A stretch of DNA of 64,000 nucleotides from Bacillota bacterium (GTDB lineage: Bacteria; Bacillota; UBA4882; UBA10575): NCBI GenBank assembly GCA_036562625.1, contig DATCJV010000037.1, positions 2,012 through 66,011 on the forward strand, read 5' to 3'. The notes beneath the pieces were generated by a model, which had not been told where the DNA came from, searched no databases, and saw nothing but the letters and a program-made list of their open reading frames with translations. Of this stretch, positions 56,157 to 64,000 are shown in pieces. The position numbers were made by a program, and so were the translations under genes. Each line of letters begins with the position of its first letter. Position 1 is the first letter of the stretch.

Positions 56157-56756
56157 ATGTATAGGTTTTGCTTACATCAGCTGGGAATAATGATTACTCT
56201 TTTGGCTCTAGCCTTTTTGACCCGAACTTCATGTCAAGCCACGATCGCGGATCTGCCTTATATGAATAGAACCGTAATCGAGCAGAAGATTCTAGAAGCG
56301 GAAAGCGGCGGAGGTCGGCTTCGCCGGATCACCGGCGAGGTTTTGGTGGCGGGAAAAACCAAATTAACCTTGTGTACTGAGGAAGGGGTCATTCAAGATT
56401 TTTCCCTCACTGGCACGGATCTTTATTTAAACGGGCAACCAAGCAGTGGAGAGGCTTTACGCCCAGTTTATCCAGGCAGGAATTTTCAAGCTCGCCTTTA
56501 TGTAGATGAAGAGGACAGGGTAAAGGTAGTCGAAGCCTGGTATATCGGAGGGGAAGGGCAATTAGTCCGTTTGCATCCACCGGATGGGGACGGGTATTTT
56601 TCCATTACTCTTCGAGCCCTGGATACCCCTGAGGAAAGACGGTTTTTGGTAAGTCAAGAACTGAATGAGGTAATCAAGAGTATCCCCCCGGAAACCTGTC
56701 TTTACTATCAACTGAATCTCAATGGAGAGATTGGCTACATTTTGCTCAGTCCGTAA
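56157..56756 (+). CDS. Hypothetical exported protein
   Basis: N-terminal hydrophobic segment IMITLLALAFLTRTSCQA. No recognisable family. Confidence 0.45.
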   Translation: MYRFCLHQLGIMITLLALAFLTRTSCQATIADLPYMNRTVIEQKILEAESGGGRLRRITGEVLVAGKTKLTLCTEEGVIQDFSLTGTDLYLNGQPSSGEALRPVYPGRNFQARLYVDEEDRVKVVEAWYIGGEGQLVRLHPPDGDGYFSITLRALDTPEERRFLVSQELNEVIKSIPPETCLYYQLNLNGEIGYILLSP

Positions 56757-56895
56757 AGGTAAACGGGTCTGTAAACCTGTCGAGATTATGGAACCTTTGC
56801 AGGATTACGGAAAAGTTTAGCGAAAATCATATGTACTAAAGGGCGGATGCAATGCATACAACCTAACAACAGATAAAAGAAAGGATTGGTTCTCC

Positions 56896-57966
56896 ATGAG
56901 CATTACAGCGCTTGTTGTTGATGATTCTGCCTTTATGAGACAATTGATTAAGAAGATTTTGGAGACCGATCCTGAGATTAAGGTTGTCGGGGTAGCAATT
57001 AATGGCGAAGACGCCCTGAAAAAAGTGGACTTTTTTGATCCTCAGGTTATTACCCTCGATTTAGAAATGCCACAGATGGACGGTTTAACCTGCCTGAAGC
57101 GGCTGATGATGGAGAACCCTCGTCCGGTGGTGATCATTAGTTCTTGGGCGAAGGAAGGCGCGGAGGAAACTTTGAAGGCCCTGGAATTAGGGGCGGTTGA
57201 CTTTATTACTAAGCCCGGGATTACTTCACCGGAAGATTTTTGGGAGCTCAAAGACGAAATTATTCAGAAGGTTAAGAACGCCTCTTTGGCTCATCCGGAA
57301 CGTGCCAATGTGATCACACAAAAGAAGCCTTCTACGGAAATTGTCAAGGTTAGAAAAACCGCTTCCACACATCTGAAGACGAACAACCCCAAGGTGGTGT
57401 GTATTGGAGCGTCGACAGGTGGACCCCGCGCTCTGCAATATATTCTTACTCACCTTCCTGCAGATTTTCCGTTACCGATCTTAATTGCCCAGCATATGCC
57501 GGAGGATTTTATAGGAATTTTTGCCACCCGGTTGAATGGTTTGGTGTCGATCGAAATCAAAGTGGCTGAAGAAGGAGATTTGCTGGTGCCAGGGAGGGCG
57601 CTGATTGCTCCATCCGCTTTGCAGACCGGCTTAGTTGAGAAAGGTAATGAGGTGCGGATCAAGCTCACTAAGGAGTCAACGATTTACCGGCCGTCCATTG
57701 ATCATCTTTTTTTCTCTGTGGCTAAAGTTTTCAAGGGAGATGCCGTCTCTATTTTGTTAACCGGGATGGGGGCTGATGGGGCGAAAGGCTTAAAGGAGTT
57801 ACATTCACTTGGCGCCCGTACCATCGCTGAAGCGGAAGAGACGTGTGTGATTTATGGAATGCCGCGGGTTGCCGTAGAGATGGAGGCGGTGGAATACATT
57901 TATCCACTGGATCGTATTCCGGAACTATTATGCAGTCTAGTCAATCAAGGAACAATCCCGTCATAG
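56896..57966 (+). CDS. cheB: Chemotaxis response regulator protein-glutamate methylesterase
   Basis: Receiver domain (LVVDDSAFMRQ...ITLDLEMPQMDGL) followed by the CheB methylesterase domain (VVCIGASTGGPRAL, LTGMGADGAKG). Confidence 0.88.
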   Translation: MSITALVVDDSAFMRQLIKKILETDPEIKVVGVAINGEDALKKVDFFDPQVITLDLEMPQMDGLTCLKRLMMENPRPVVIISSWAKEGAEETLKALELGAVDFITKPGITSPEDFWELKDEIIQKVKNASLAHPERANVITQKKPSTEIVKVRKTASTHLKTNNPKVVCIGASTGGPRALQYILTHLPADFPLPILIAQHMPEDFIGIFATRLNGLVSIEIKVAEEGDLLVPGRALIAPSALQTGLVEKGNEVRIKLTKESTIYRPSIDHLFFSVAKVFKGDAVSILLTGMGADGAKGLKELHSLGARTIAEAEETCVIYGMPRVAVEMEAVEYIYPLDRIPELLCSLVNQGTIPS

Positions 57967-58038
57967 AAAACGCAGGGATTGTTCGGCTTTCAAACTCTAC
58001 TGTGCTCCATCGGATAAAAGGACAATTGGAGGACAAAA

Positions 58039-58902
58039 ATGAGTTTATGGAGACTGTTGGAAAATAAAATAAATGAGATCCCCACTTTACCTGTGGTAGC
58101 CAATAAAATTATTGAAATTTTGGATAATCCCCGCTCCTCTGCAAATGATCTGGAAAAGGTGATCAGCATTGATCAATCTTTAACCGCTAGAGTTTTGAGA
58201 CTGGTTAACTCCGCTTATTATGGTTTTCCCCGCCGAATTACTACAGTGGCCCAAGGAGTAGTCATTTTAGGATTTGATGTTATTAAGCATCTGACATTAT
58301 CCGTTTCAATCGCAGATATTTTTCGATTGAAAGGGAATAGTCCGATTTTTGACCGTTCATCCTTATGGAAGCACTCTGTGGGCACTGCGGTTTGTGCGAA
58401 ACTTTTAGCCCGAAAAGCTTCCCTACCCTTGTTGGAAGAGGCTTTTATCGCCGGTTTACTCCATGATGTGGGGATTGTCATCATTGATTACTATTTTCCG
58501 GAAAAATTTGAGGAAATATTGGAAATGATGGAGAGAGAACATATTCCTCTCATCAAAGCCGAACTAAGAGTATTAGGTTTTACCCATGCCTTGGTGGGAA
58601 AGTTGGTTGTAAAAAAATGGAATTTTCCGGACCTGTTGGTGGAGACGATTGGTTATCATAATAAACCTTTTCAGCACGACAACTATTGTGCCAATATCGC
58701 CTTGGTTTATGCGGCCGATGCCCTCTGCCGCCAGTTCGGGGAGGGGATGGATGGAGATATAACCGATCAACGTTTGGAGACGGAAGTGTGGTCTTGGTTA
58801 GGCTTGCCCTGGTCCGAAAGGCAAGAAGTCTTCCAGGAGATGAGTAAGGAGATTAAGAAGGCGGCGGAATTTGTGAACCTGGTTCCTTTAAGGACGGGAT
58901 AA
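58039..58902 (+). CDS. HDOD domain signalling protein
   Basis: LPTLPVVANKIIEILDNPRSSANDLEKVISIDQSLTARVLRLVNSAYYGFPRRITTVAQGVVILG is a canonical HDOD N-terminus. GLLHDVG follows. Confidence 0.82.
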   Translation: MSLWRLLENKINEIPTLPVVANKIIEILDNPRSSANDLEKVISIDQSLTARVLRLVNSAYYGFPRRITTVAQGVVILGFDVIKHLTLSVSIADIFRLKGNSPIFDRSSLWKHSVGTAVCAKLLARKASLPLLEEAFIAGLLHDVGIVIIDYYFPEKFEEILEMMEREHIPLIKAELRVLGFTHALVGKLVVKKWNFPDLLVETIGYHNKPFQHDNYCANIALVYAADALCRQFGEGMDGDITDQRLETEVWSWLGLPWSERQEVFQEMSKEIKKAAEFVNLVPLRTG

Positions 58903-58941
58903 GTGATATACCTAGGAAATTGATGGGGTGGTTTATTAGAG

Positions 58942-60234
58942 ATGCAATTGGTTGACTTGGAAACAAAGACTCTGGTAGAACTGCAATCAATGGCCAGTGA
59001 TTACGGAATCGAGAATTATACCAGATATCGAAAGCGGGAGCTGATCTTTGAATTATTAAAGGTCTTGGCCACACAAGAAGGGCGGATTTTTTCCCAGGGA
59101 ATTATTGAGATTCTGCCGGAGGGTTTTGGCTTTTTGCGGGTGGAGAATTACTTGCCCGGGCCGGATGACATCTATGTTTCCGTTTCGCAGATTCGCCGTT
59201 TTCACTTACGGACCGGTGATCTCGTAGCCGGACAGGTACGTCCGCCGAAAGAAGCGGAACGGTATTTTTCCTTATTGCGGATTCAGGCGATCAATTATCA
59301 AGATCCTGAAGAATATCGGCACCGCACCTTTTTTGAAGAACTGACACCAATCTATCCTCAGGAGCGCATACCTTTGGAGACGGATGGGAAAGAATTGGCC
59401 ATGCGTTTGGTTGACCTCATTGCGCCAATTGGGAAGGGACAACGGGGTTTAATTGTCGCTCCTCCCAAGGCGGGAAAGACAACTCTACTTAAGAAGATTG
59501 CCCATAGCATCACCAAGAATCTTCCTGATACACATTTAATTGTGCTCTTGATTGATGAGCGTCCGGAGGAAGTAACGGATATGCTCCGGTCGGTCCAGGG
59601 GGAAGTAGTTAGCTCAACCTTTGATCAACCTGCGGATAATCATGTGCGTGTAGCGGAGATGGTCTTGGAGCGGGCTAAACGCTTGGTGGAACTGAAAAAG
59701 GATGTGGTTATTCTCCTGGATTCCATTACCAGATTAGCCAGGGCGTACAACCTGGTTGAGCCCCCCAGCGGCAGAACACTTTCTGGTGGAGTTGACCCTG
59801 GGGCCTTACACAAACCAAAAAGATTCTTTGGGGCGGCCCGTAATATTGAAGAGGGCGGAAGCCTGACTATTATGGCCACTGCCTTGATTGAGACCGGTAG
59901 CCGAATGGATGACGTCATTTATGAGGAGTTTAAAGGCACCGGTAATATGGAGCTTCATCTAGACCGTAAATTAGCAGACCGCCGTATCTTCCCGGCCATC
60001 GACATTATGCGTTCCGGGACGCGTAAAGAAGAGCTTTTACTGAATACCAGGGAATTAGAGATGACCTGGGTTTTACGAAAACTCTTAAGTTCCTTGGGCC
60101 CAGCGGAAACCATGGAGCTAATCTTGGATAGGATGAACTATACCGCCTCCAACGCAGAGTTGCAGGAGTTAATCTTGAATTCATCTTTTGCGGAGAATGT
60201 ATTAACGAAGAGACAAAGAGAGAATGGAGGTTGA
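58942..60234 (+). CDS. rho: Transcription termination factor Rho
   Basis: N-terminal Rho_N ([30 protein letters not shown]), cold-shock-like RNA-binding domain (GFGFLR), Walker [12 protein letters not shown], and [10 protein letters not shown]. Confidence 0.95.
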   Translation: MQLVDLETKTLVELQSMASDYGIENYTRYRKRELIFELLKVLATQEGRIFSQGIIEILPEGFGFLRVENYLPGPDDIYVSVSQIRRFHLRTGDLVAGQVRPPKEAERYFSLLRIQAINYQDPEEYRHRTFFEELTPIYPQERIPLETDGKELAMRLVDLIAPIGKGQRGLIVAPPKAGKTTLLKKIAHSITKNLPDTHLIVLLIDERPEEVTDMLRSVQGEVVSSTFDQPADNHVRVAEMVLERAKRLVELKKDVVILLDSITRLARAYNLVEPPSGRTLSGGVDPGALHKPKRFFGAARNIEEGGSLTIMATALIETGSRMDDVIYEEFKGTGNMELHLDRKLADRRIFPAIDIMRSGTRKEELLLNTRELEMTWVLRKLLSSLGPAETMELILDRMNYTASNAELQELILNSSFAENVLTKRQRENGG

Positions 60235-60245
60235 ACTATCCCTGA

Positions 60246-60270
60246 CTATCCCTGGAGGGATAGTTTTTTT
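60246..60270 (+). terminator. Rho-independent terminator after rho
   Basis: CTATCCCT-GG-AGGGATAG followed by TTTTTTT. Confidence 0.8.
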
Positions 60271-60507
60271 AATTTAAACAAAAGGAGAAAAGGCAGTTTG
60301 GTGTCATAGGGGTGGTAGAAAATTTTTCTATGTTTAGGTAAATGAGGGAAGAGAAAAAATAGGCGTAAACATGAGCTTAAGAAGAGAAGCAAGATTGAAA
60401 TAGGGAGAAAAATATTGATATTCGGCTTATAGTTTTCAAAAACCATAAAAATTTATGATATTGTTTTTTTTTGACCTTAATTAGGCCGAGGACAAAATGG
60501 ACTGATC

Positions 60508-60536
60508 TTGTCATCATAAAAAAAAGGTTTTACAAT
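60508..60536 (+). promoter_or_regulatory. SigA-type promoter of the ctsR-mcsA-mcsB-clpC operon
   Basis: TTGTCA (60508-60513), a 17-nt spacer, then TACAAT (60531-60536). Confidence 0.6.
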
Positions 60537-60543
60537 GAAACCA

Positions 60544-60561
60544 AGGTCAGGAAAGGTCAAA
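60544..60561 (+). promoter_or_regulatory. CtsR operator (heptad direct repeat)
   Basis: AGGTCAGGAAAGGTCAAA matches the CtsR box A/GGTCAAA-NAN-A/GGTCAAA, immediately downstream of the -10. An inverted single heptad (AGGTCAAAA on the minus strand) lies at about 60468-60480. Confidence 0.75.
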
Positions 60562-60575
60562 AAGAGGTGTGAGCA

Positions 60576-61061
60576 ATGCGTTCATTATCTGACCTGATTG
60601 AGCAGTATCTGCGTGAGCAATTGAAAGAAGTAGAAACTCTGGAAATACAACGAAGAGAATTAGCGCGGATGTTTCGCTGCGTCCCCTCTCAGATTAATTA
60701 TGTTTTGGAGACACGGTTCACCATAAACCATGGGTTTTTAGTGCAAAGCCGAAGGGGGGGCGGGGGATTCATCCGGATTACCCGGCTCAATTGGGAACCT
60801 GGAGAAGAATTCTCCCAAATTCTCCAAGAGCTACTGGAGATCGGGGTTTCTCAAGAAGAAGCGGAATTTATTCTGAAAAGACTGATCCAAACCGCCGTTC
60901 TCGAATATAAGGAAGCCGTCTTGCTGAATCAGGTATTACAGGATGTGCTGAATAATGAAGCGGAGAGAAGTGGTCTGGACAGCGAGGAACAAAATCAACT
61001 GCGAGCCAGAGTCTTACGAGCATTGCTCTTGTTTGTTTCTGGCAGAGCTCCCGCTCGCTGA
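60576..61061 (+). CDS. ctsR: Class III stress gene repressor CtsR
   Basis: LSDLIEQYLREQL...LARMFRCVPSQINYVLETRFTINHGFLVQSRRGGGGFIRI is the canonical CtsR sequence with its glycine-rich loop. Confidence 0.93.
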   Translation: MRSLSDLIEQYLREQLKEVETLEIQRRELARMFRCVPSQINYVLETRFTINHGFLVQSRRGGGGFIRITRLNWEPGEEFSQILQELLEIGVSQEEAEFILKRLIQTAVLEYKEAVLLNQVLQDVLNNEAERSGLDSEEQNQLRARVLRALLLFVSGRAPAR

Positions 61062-61098
61062 CGTGTGGGTGAGGGAGTATTGAAAGGAGGTAAAGTTT

Positions 61099-61620
61099 AT
61101 GTGGTGTGAACGTTGTAGTGAAAGGCCTGCGACTGTACATGTGACTAAAATCGTTAATGATCAAAAAACCGAAATGCATCTGTGTGAGGTTTGCGCTCAG
61201 GAAACTGGTGGTGATTTGGGGTTCTTATTTGAACAGAATTTTTCCTTCCCGAATCTTCTGGCCGGGCTCTTGGACAGTGAAAGTCTTTTTTCCACTGGAG
61301 TATTAGGTAGTTCCACGTTGCAACAAGGGGTTAAGTGCTCTTCTTGTGGATTGACCTTCTCTGATTTTCGTCAAGTCGGTCAGTTAGGGTGCAGTGAATG
61401 CTATAGAGGATTCGGTCAAAGCCTTGATCCGTTATTGAAGAGAATACATGGCAGCACGGTCCATGTTGGCAAGGTGCCGAGAAGAACCGGAGGCAAGGTA
61501 CGCGTCCGTAAAGAAATTGAGGAGTTGCGGAAGAAACTGCAGCAGGCGATTAGTAGAGAAGCTTATGAAGAGGCCGCTCGAATTCGGGATGAGATAAAAG
61601 CCAAAGAGAAGGAGTTATAA
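61099..61620 (+). CDS. mcsA: McsA (UvrB/UvrC-motif, zinc-finger activator of McsB)
   Basis: N-terminal CxxC pairs (CERC...CEVC; CSSCG...CSEC) and a C-terminal UVR motif EAYEEAARIRDEIKAKE. Confidence 0.88.
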   Translation: MWCERCSERPATVHVTKIVNDQKTEMHLCEVCAQETGGDLGFLFEQNFSFPNLLAGLLDSESLFSTGVLGSSTLQQGVKCSSCGLTFSDFRQVGQLGCSECYRGFGQSLDPLLKRIHGSTVHVGKVPRRTGGKVRVRKEIEELRKKLQQAISREAYEEAARIRDEIKAKEKEL

Positions 61621-61647
61621 GGAGTTATTACGGAAGGTGGTGTTTTC

Positions 61648-62721
61648 ATGTCGCTTCAAGACAAGAAGGCTCAATTGATTCCTGCTTGGATCAGAAGTTC
61701 CGGCCCAGAGGATGGGGTGGTCTTAAGTAGCCGGATCAGGCTGGCCAGAAATTTGAAGAATATACCCTTTCCCCATTATGCGGGGGAGAAAGCGTTGGAA
61801 AGCGTCTTGGATCAAGTGGAAAGGGCGATCGATCTATCGGGGAATAAGAAAAATATCCGAGCACAGAATCAAAGACTAAAACTTACTCGTTTGGATTCAT
61901 TAAACCAGTTGGAGCGGTTGGTATTAGTAGAAAAGCATCTAGTCAGCCCAAATTTGATCAACCACCCTGCCCATCGTGGGGTGGTCACCAATGATGATGA
62001 GACGCTCGCCGTCATGGTGAATGAAGAGGACCATATTCGCATCCAAATTCTTACTCCCGGCCTGGAATTGGAAGGAGCTTGGGAGACAGCTAATGAGATT
62101 GACGACTTTTTTGAGGCTTCTTTGGAGTATGCCTTTGATGAGACCAGGGGCTTTTTAACCTCTTGTCCTACTAATCTAGGTACCGGACTGAGGGCTTCGG
62201 TCATGGTGCACCTGCCCGGACTGGTGATGGTGGATCAAGCGAAAAAGGTTCTCTCCGCCCTGCCTCAGGTAGGATTGAATGTCCGGGGGATCTATGGAGA
62301 GGGTACGGAGTCAAAAGGTAATTTATTTCAAATTTCCAATCAGGTTACTCTAGGGCAGAGTGAAAGTGATTTGATCAGTAATTTGCTCTCCTTGACCAAA
62401 CAAGTTATAGACCAAGAAAAGGCTGTGCGGGAAGCGCTATTAAAAGAATCCAAAGTGCAGATGGAAAATAGAGTACACCGGGCTTACGGGATACTGACTC
62501 AAGCTCGGATCATCTCCTCTGATGAGGCCATGCGGTTGCTTTCCGATGTTTGGCTGGGGATCGAGTGTGGGTTAATCACGGATTTGCCGGCGAAGAAGGT
62601 CAAAGAATTAATTCTGCTAATTCGCATCGCTATTTTGCAGCAGTTGATCGGAAGGGAAATGACAGCTGAAGAACGGGATTACTATCGCGCGGCAGTGATT
62701 AGAGACCATCTCAAAGGGTAA
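61648..62721 (+). CDS. mcsB: Protein arginine kinase McsB
   Basis: ATP:guanido phosphotransferase core: VLSSRIRLARNL, EEDHIRIQ, CPTNLGTGLRASVMVHLPGL. Confidence 0.92.
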   Translation: MSLQDKKAQLIPAWIRSSGPEDGVVLSSRIRLARNLKNIPFPHYAGEKALESVLDQVERAIDLSGNKKNIRAQNQRLKLTRLDSLNQLERLVLVEKHLVSPNLINHPAHRGVVTNDDETLAVMVNEEDHIRIQILTPGLELEGAWETANEIDDFFEASLEYAFDETRGFLTSCPTNLGTGLRASVMVHLPGLVMVDQAKKVLSALPQVGLNVRGIYGEGTESKGNLFQISNQVTLGQSESDLISNLLSLTKQVIDQEKAVREALLKESKVQMENRVHRAYGILTQARIISSDEAMRLLSDVWLGIECGLITDLPAKKVKELILLIRIAILQQLIGREMTAEERDYYRAAVIRDHLKG

Positions 62722-62802
62722 ATTATTAAGGCCTGTATTTAGTACTAAAACGATGACTGGAAAAATTTTTCCAGGAAGACAATAAAAAGGGGTGAAGTTG
62801 GG

Positions 62803-64000
62803 ATGTTTGAAAGATTCACGGAAAGAGCGCGAAAAGTGGTGTTGCATGCGCAAAAGGAAGCAATCAGGCTAAGGCATAATGTCGTAGGTACAGAGCATCT
62901 TCTTTTGGGGTTGGTGCAAGAAGGTGAGGGAATCGCCGGTCGAGCACTACAAGGCTTGGAGATAGATTTATCGAAAGTTCGGAGTGAAGTTGAGAAGATC
63001 ATCGGCGTCGGCGATCAGATAATCATCGGGGAGGTTCCTTTTACCCCCAGGGCAAAAAGGGTGTTGGAAATGGCTTTTGACGAAGCTCGGCAGCTGGGGC
63101 ATAATTATATCGGCACCGAACATATCCTCTTAGGATTAATCCGAGAGGGGGAGGGAGTGGCCGCGCAGGTTCTGAAAAACCTCGGTGTGGATTTGGAGAA
63201 CGCCAGAAAACAGGTGATGAATTTATTGGGAGGCGCGGTCGGCGCCGGGATCCCCGGTAAGACGGGGGGACCAAATAAAACCCAGACTTTGAACCAGTTT
63301 GGACGGGATTTGACGGAATTGGCCAGAATTGGAAAGCTGGATCCAGTGATCGGTCGGGTAAAGGAGATTGAACGGGTTATACAGGTCCTATCCAGAAGAA
63401 CAAAGAACAACCCGGTTTTAATAGGAGAACCTGGTGTGGGAAAGACCGCCATCGCAGAGGGTTTAGCCCAGAAGATTATTAACGGAGATGTTCCGGAAAT
63501 TCTGAAAAACAAGAGGGTAATCACTCTTGATCTAGGCGCTATGGTCGCCGGTTCCAAATACCGTGGTGAATTTGAGGAACGTATGAAAAAGGTGATGGAA
63601 GAGATCAGGAACGCCGGTGACGTCATTCTCTTTATTGATGAGTTGCATACCTTAATTGGAGCCGGAGCAGCGGAAGGCGCCATCGATGCGGCCAATATCC
63701 TAAAACCCGTTTTAGCCCGAGGCGAGCTGCAATGCATCGGCGCCACCACTTTGGACGAGTATAGAAAGCATATTGAAAAAGACGCAGCTTTGGAGCGCAG
63801 ATTTCAGCCGATTGTCGTTGGTGAACCGACCAGGGAAGAATCTGTGGAAATCCTTAAGGGGTTGCGGGACAGATATGAAGCGCACCACAGAGTAAAAATC
63901 ACTGATGATGCGATTGAGGCAGCGGTCACCCTTTCGGATCGCTATATATCCGACCGTTTCCTTCCTGACAAAGCCATTGATCTAATGGATGAGGCCGCTT
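62803..64000 (+). CDS. clpC: ATP-dependent Clp protease ATP-binding subunit ClpC (5' part; continues beyond the window)
   Basis: [37 protein letters not shown] (Clp_N repeats) and Walker [11 protein letters not shown]. The ATG at 62803 follows AAAAGGGGTGA, and no stop occurs before position 64000. Confidence 0.93.
   Translation, partial: MFERFTERARKVVLHAQKEAIRLRHNVVGTEHLLLGLVQEGEGIAGRALQGLEIDLSKVRSEVEKIIGVGDQIIIGEVPFTPRAKRVLEMAFDEARQLGHNYIGTEHILLGLIREGEGVAAQVLKNLGVDLENARKQVMNLLGGAVGAGIPGKTGGPNKTQTLNQFGRDLTELARIGKLDPVIGRVKEIERVIQVLSRRTKNNPVLIGEPGVGKTAIAEGLAQKIINGDVPEILKNKRVITLDLGAMVAGSKYRGEFEERMKKVMEEIRNAGDVILFIDELHTLIGAGAAEGAIDAANILKPVLARGELQCIGATTLDEYRKHIEKDAALERRFQPIVVGEPTREESVEILKGLRDRYEAHHRVKITDDAIEAAVTLSDRYISDRFLPDKAIDLMDEAA

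Noticed and set aside
60246-60446. 66-aa minus-strand ORF between rho and ctsR
   Set aside because: It overlaps the rho terminator, is AT-rich and low-complexity in translation, and has no RBS.
62745-63749. Minus-strand ORFs of 85, 77 and 214 aa
   Set aside because: They are antisense shadow ORFs inside the clearly recognisable clpC coding sequence. The Ala/Pro/Ser/Arg-rich translations are typical of reverse frames.

Overview
This is a core chromosomal segment of an endospore-forming Firmicute (Clostridia/Negativicutes-like). I saw no rRNA, CRISPR array, transposase or integrase. The backbone follows the classic Firmicute order. It runs SRP RNA, ispE, a GntR regulator, an NTP-transferase, spoVG, tRNA-Gln, glmU (with no prs after it), ctc/rplY, pth, mfd and spoVT. 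It continues with a rhomboid protease, cimA, a SipL-like LysM protein, argS, pyrG, an SLT transglycosylase, yabQ-divIC-tex-yabR and tRNA-Met/tRNA-Lys. The second half carries nrdJ, a BASS transporter, uvrC, an orphan sugar ABC ATPase, glcK, yyaC, vanW, mazG, spoIID, yabP, cheB, an HDOD protein, rho and ctsR-mcsA-mcsB-clpC (clpC runs off the window end). Sporulation genes sit alongside outer-membrane hallmarks: a porin-like barrel ending in Phe, a POTRA-less Omp85 barrel carrying an RGY motif, and a TolB-like beta-propeller. This suggests a diderm spore-former. The most interesting locus is a four-gene minus-strand operon at 32060-37227, downstream of nrdJ. It encodes a two-module lipoprotein candidate, a small secreted subunit, a PapD-like Ig-fold protein and a 927-aa usher-like outer-membrane protein. 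That is a chaperone-usher-like (or WxL/DUF916-like) surface-fibre assembly system, which to my knowledge is not described for Firmicutes. A second candidate is an HExxH peptidase/beta-propeller fusion translationally coupled to the POTRA-less Omp85 barrel (53036-55847). All functional calls rest on motif recognition by eye. No searches were run.
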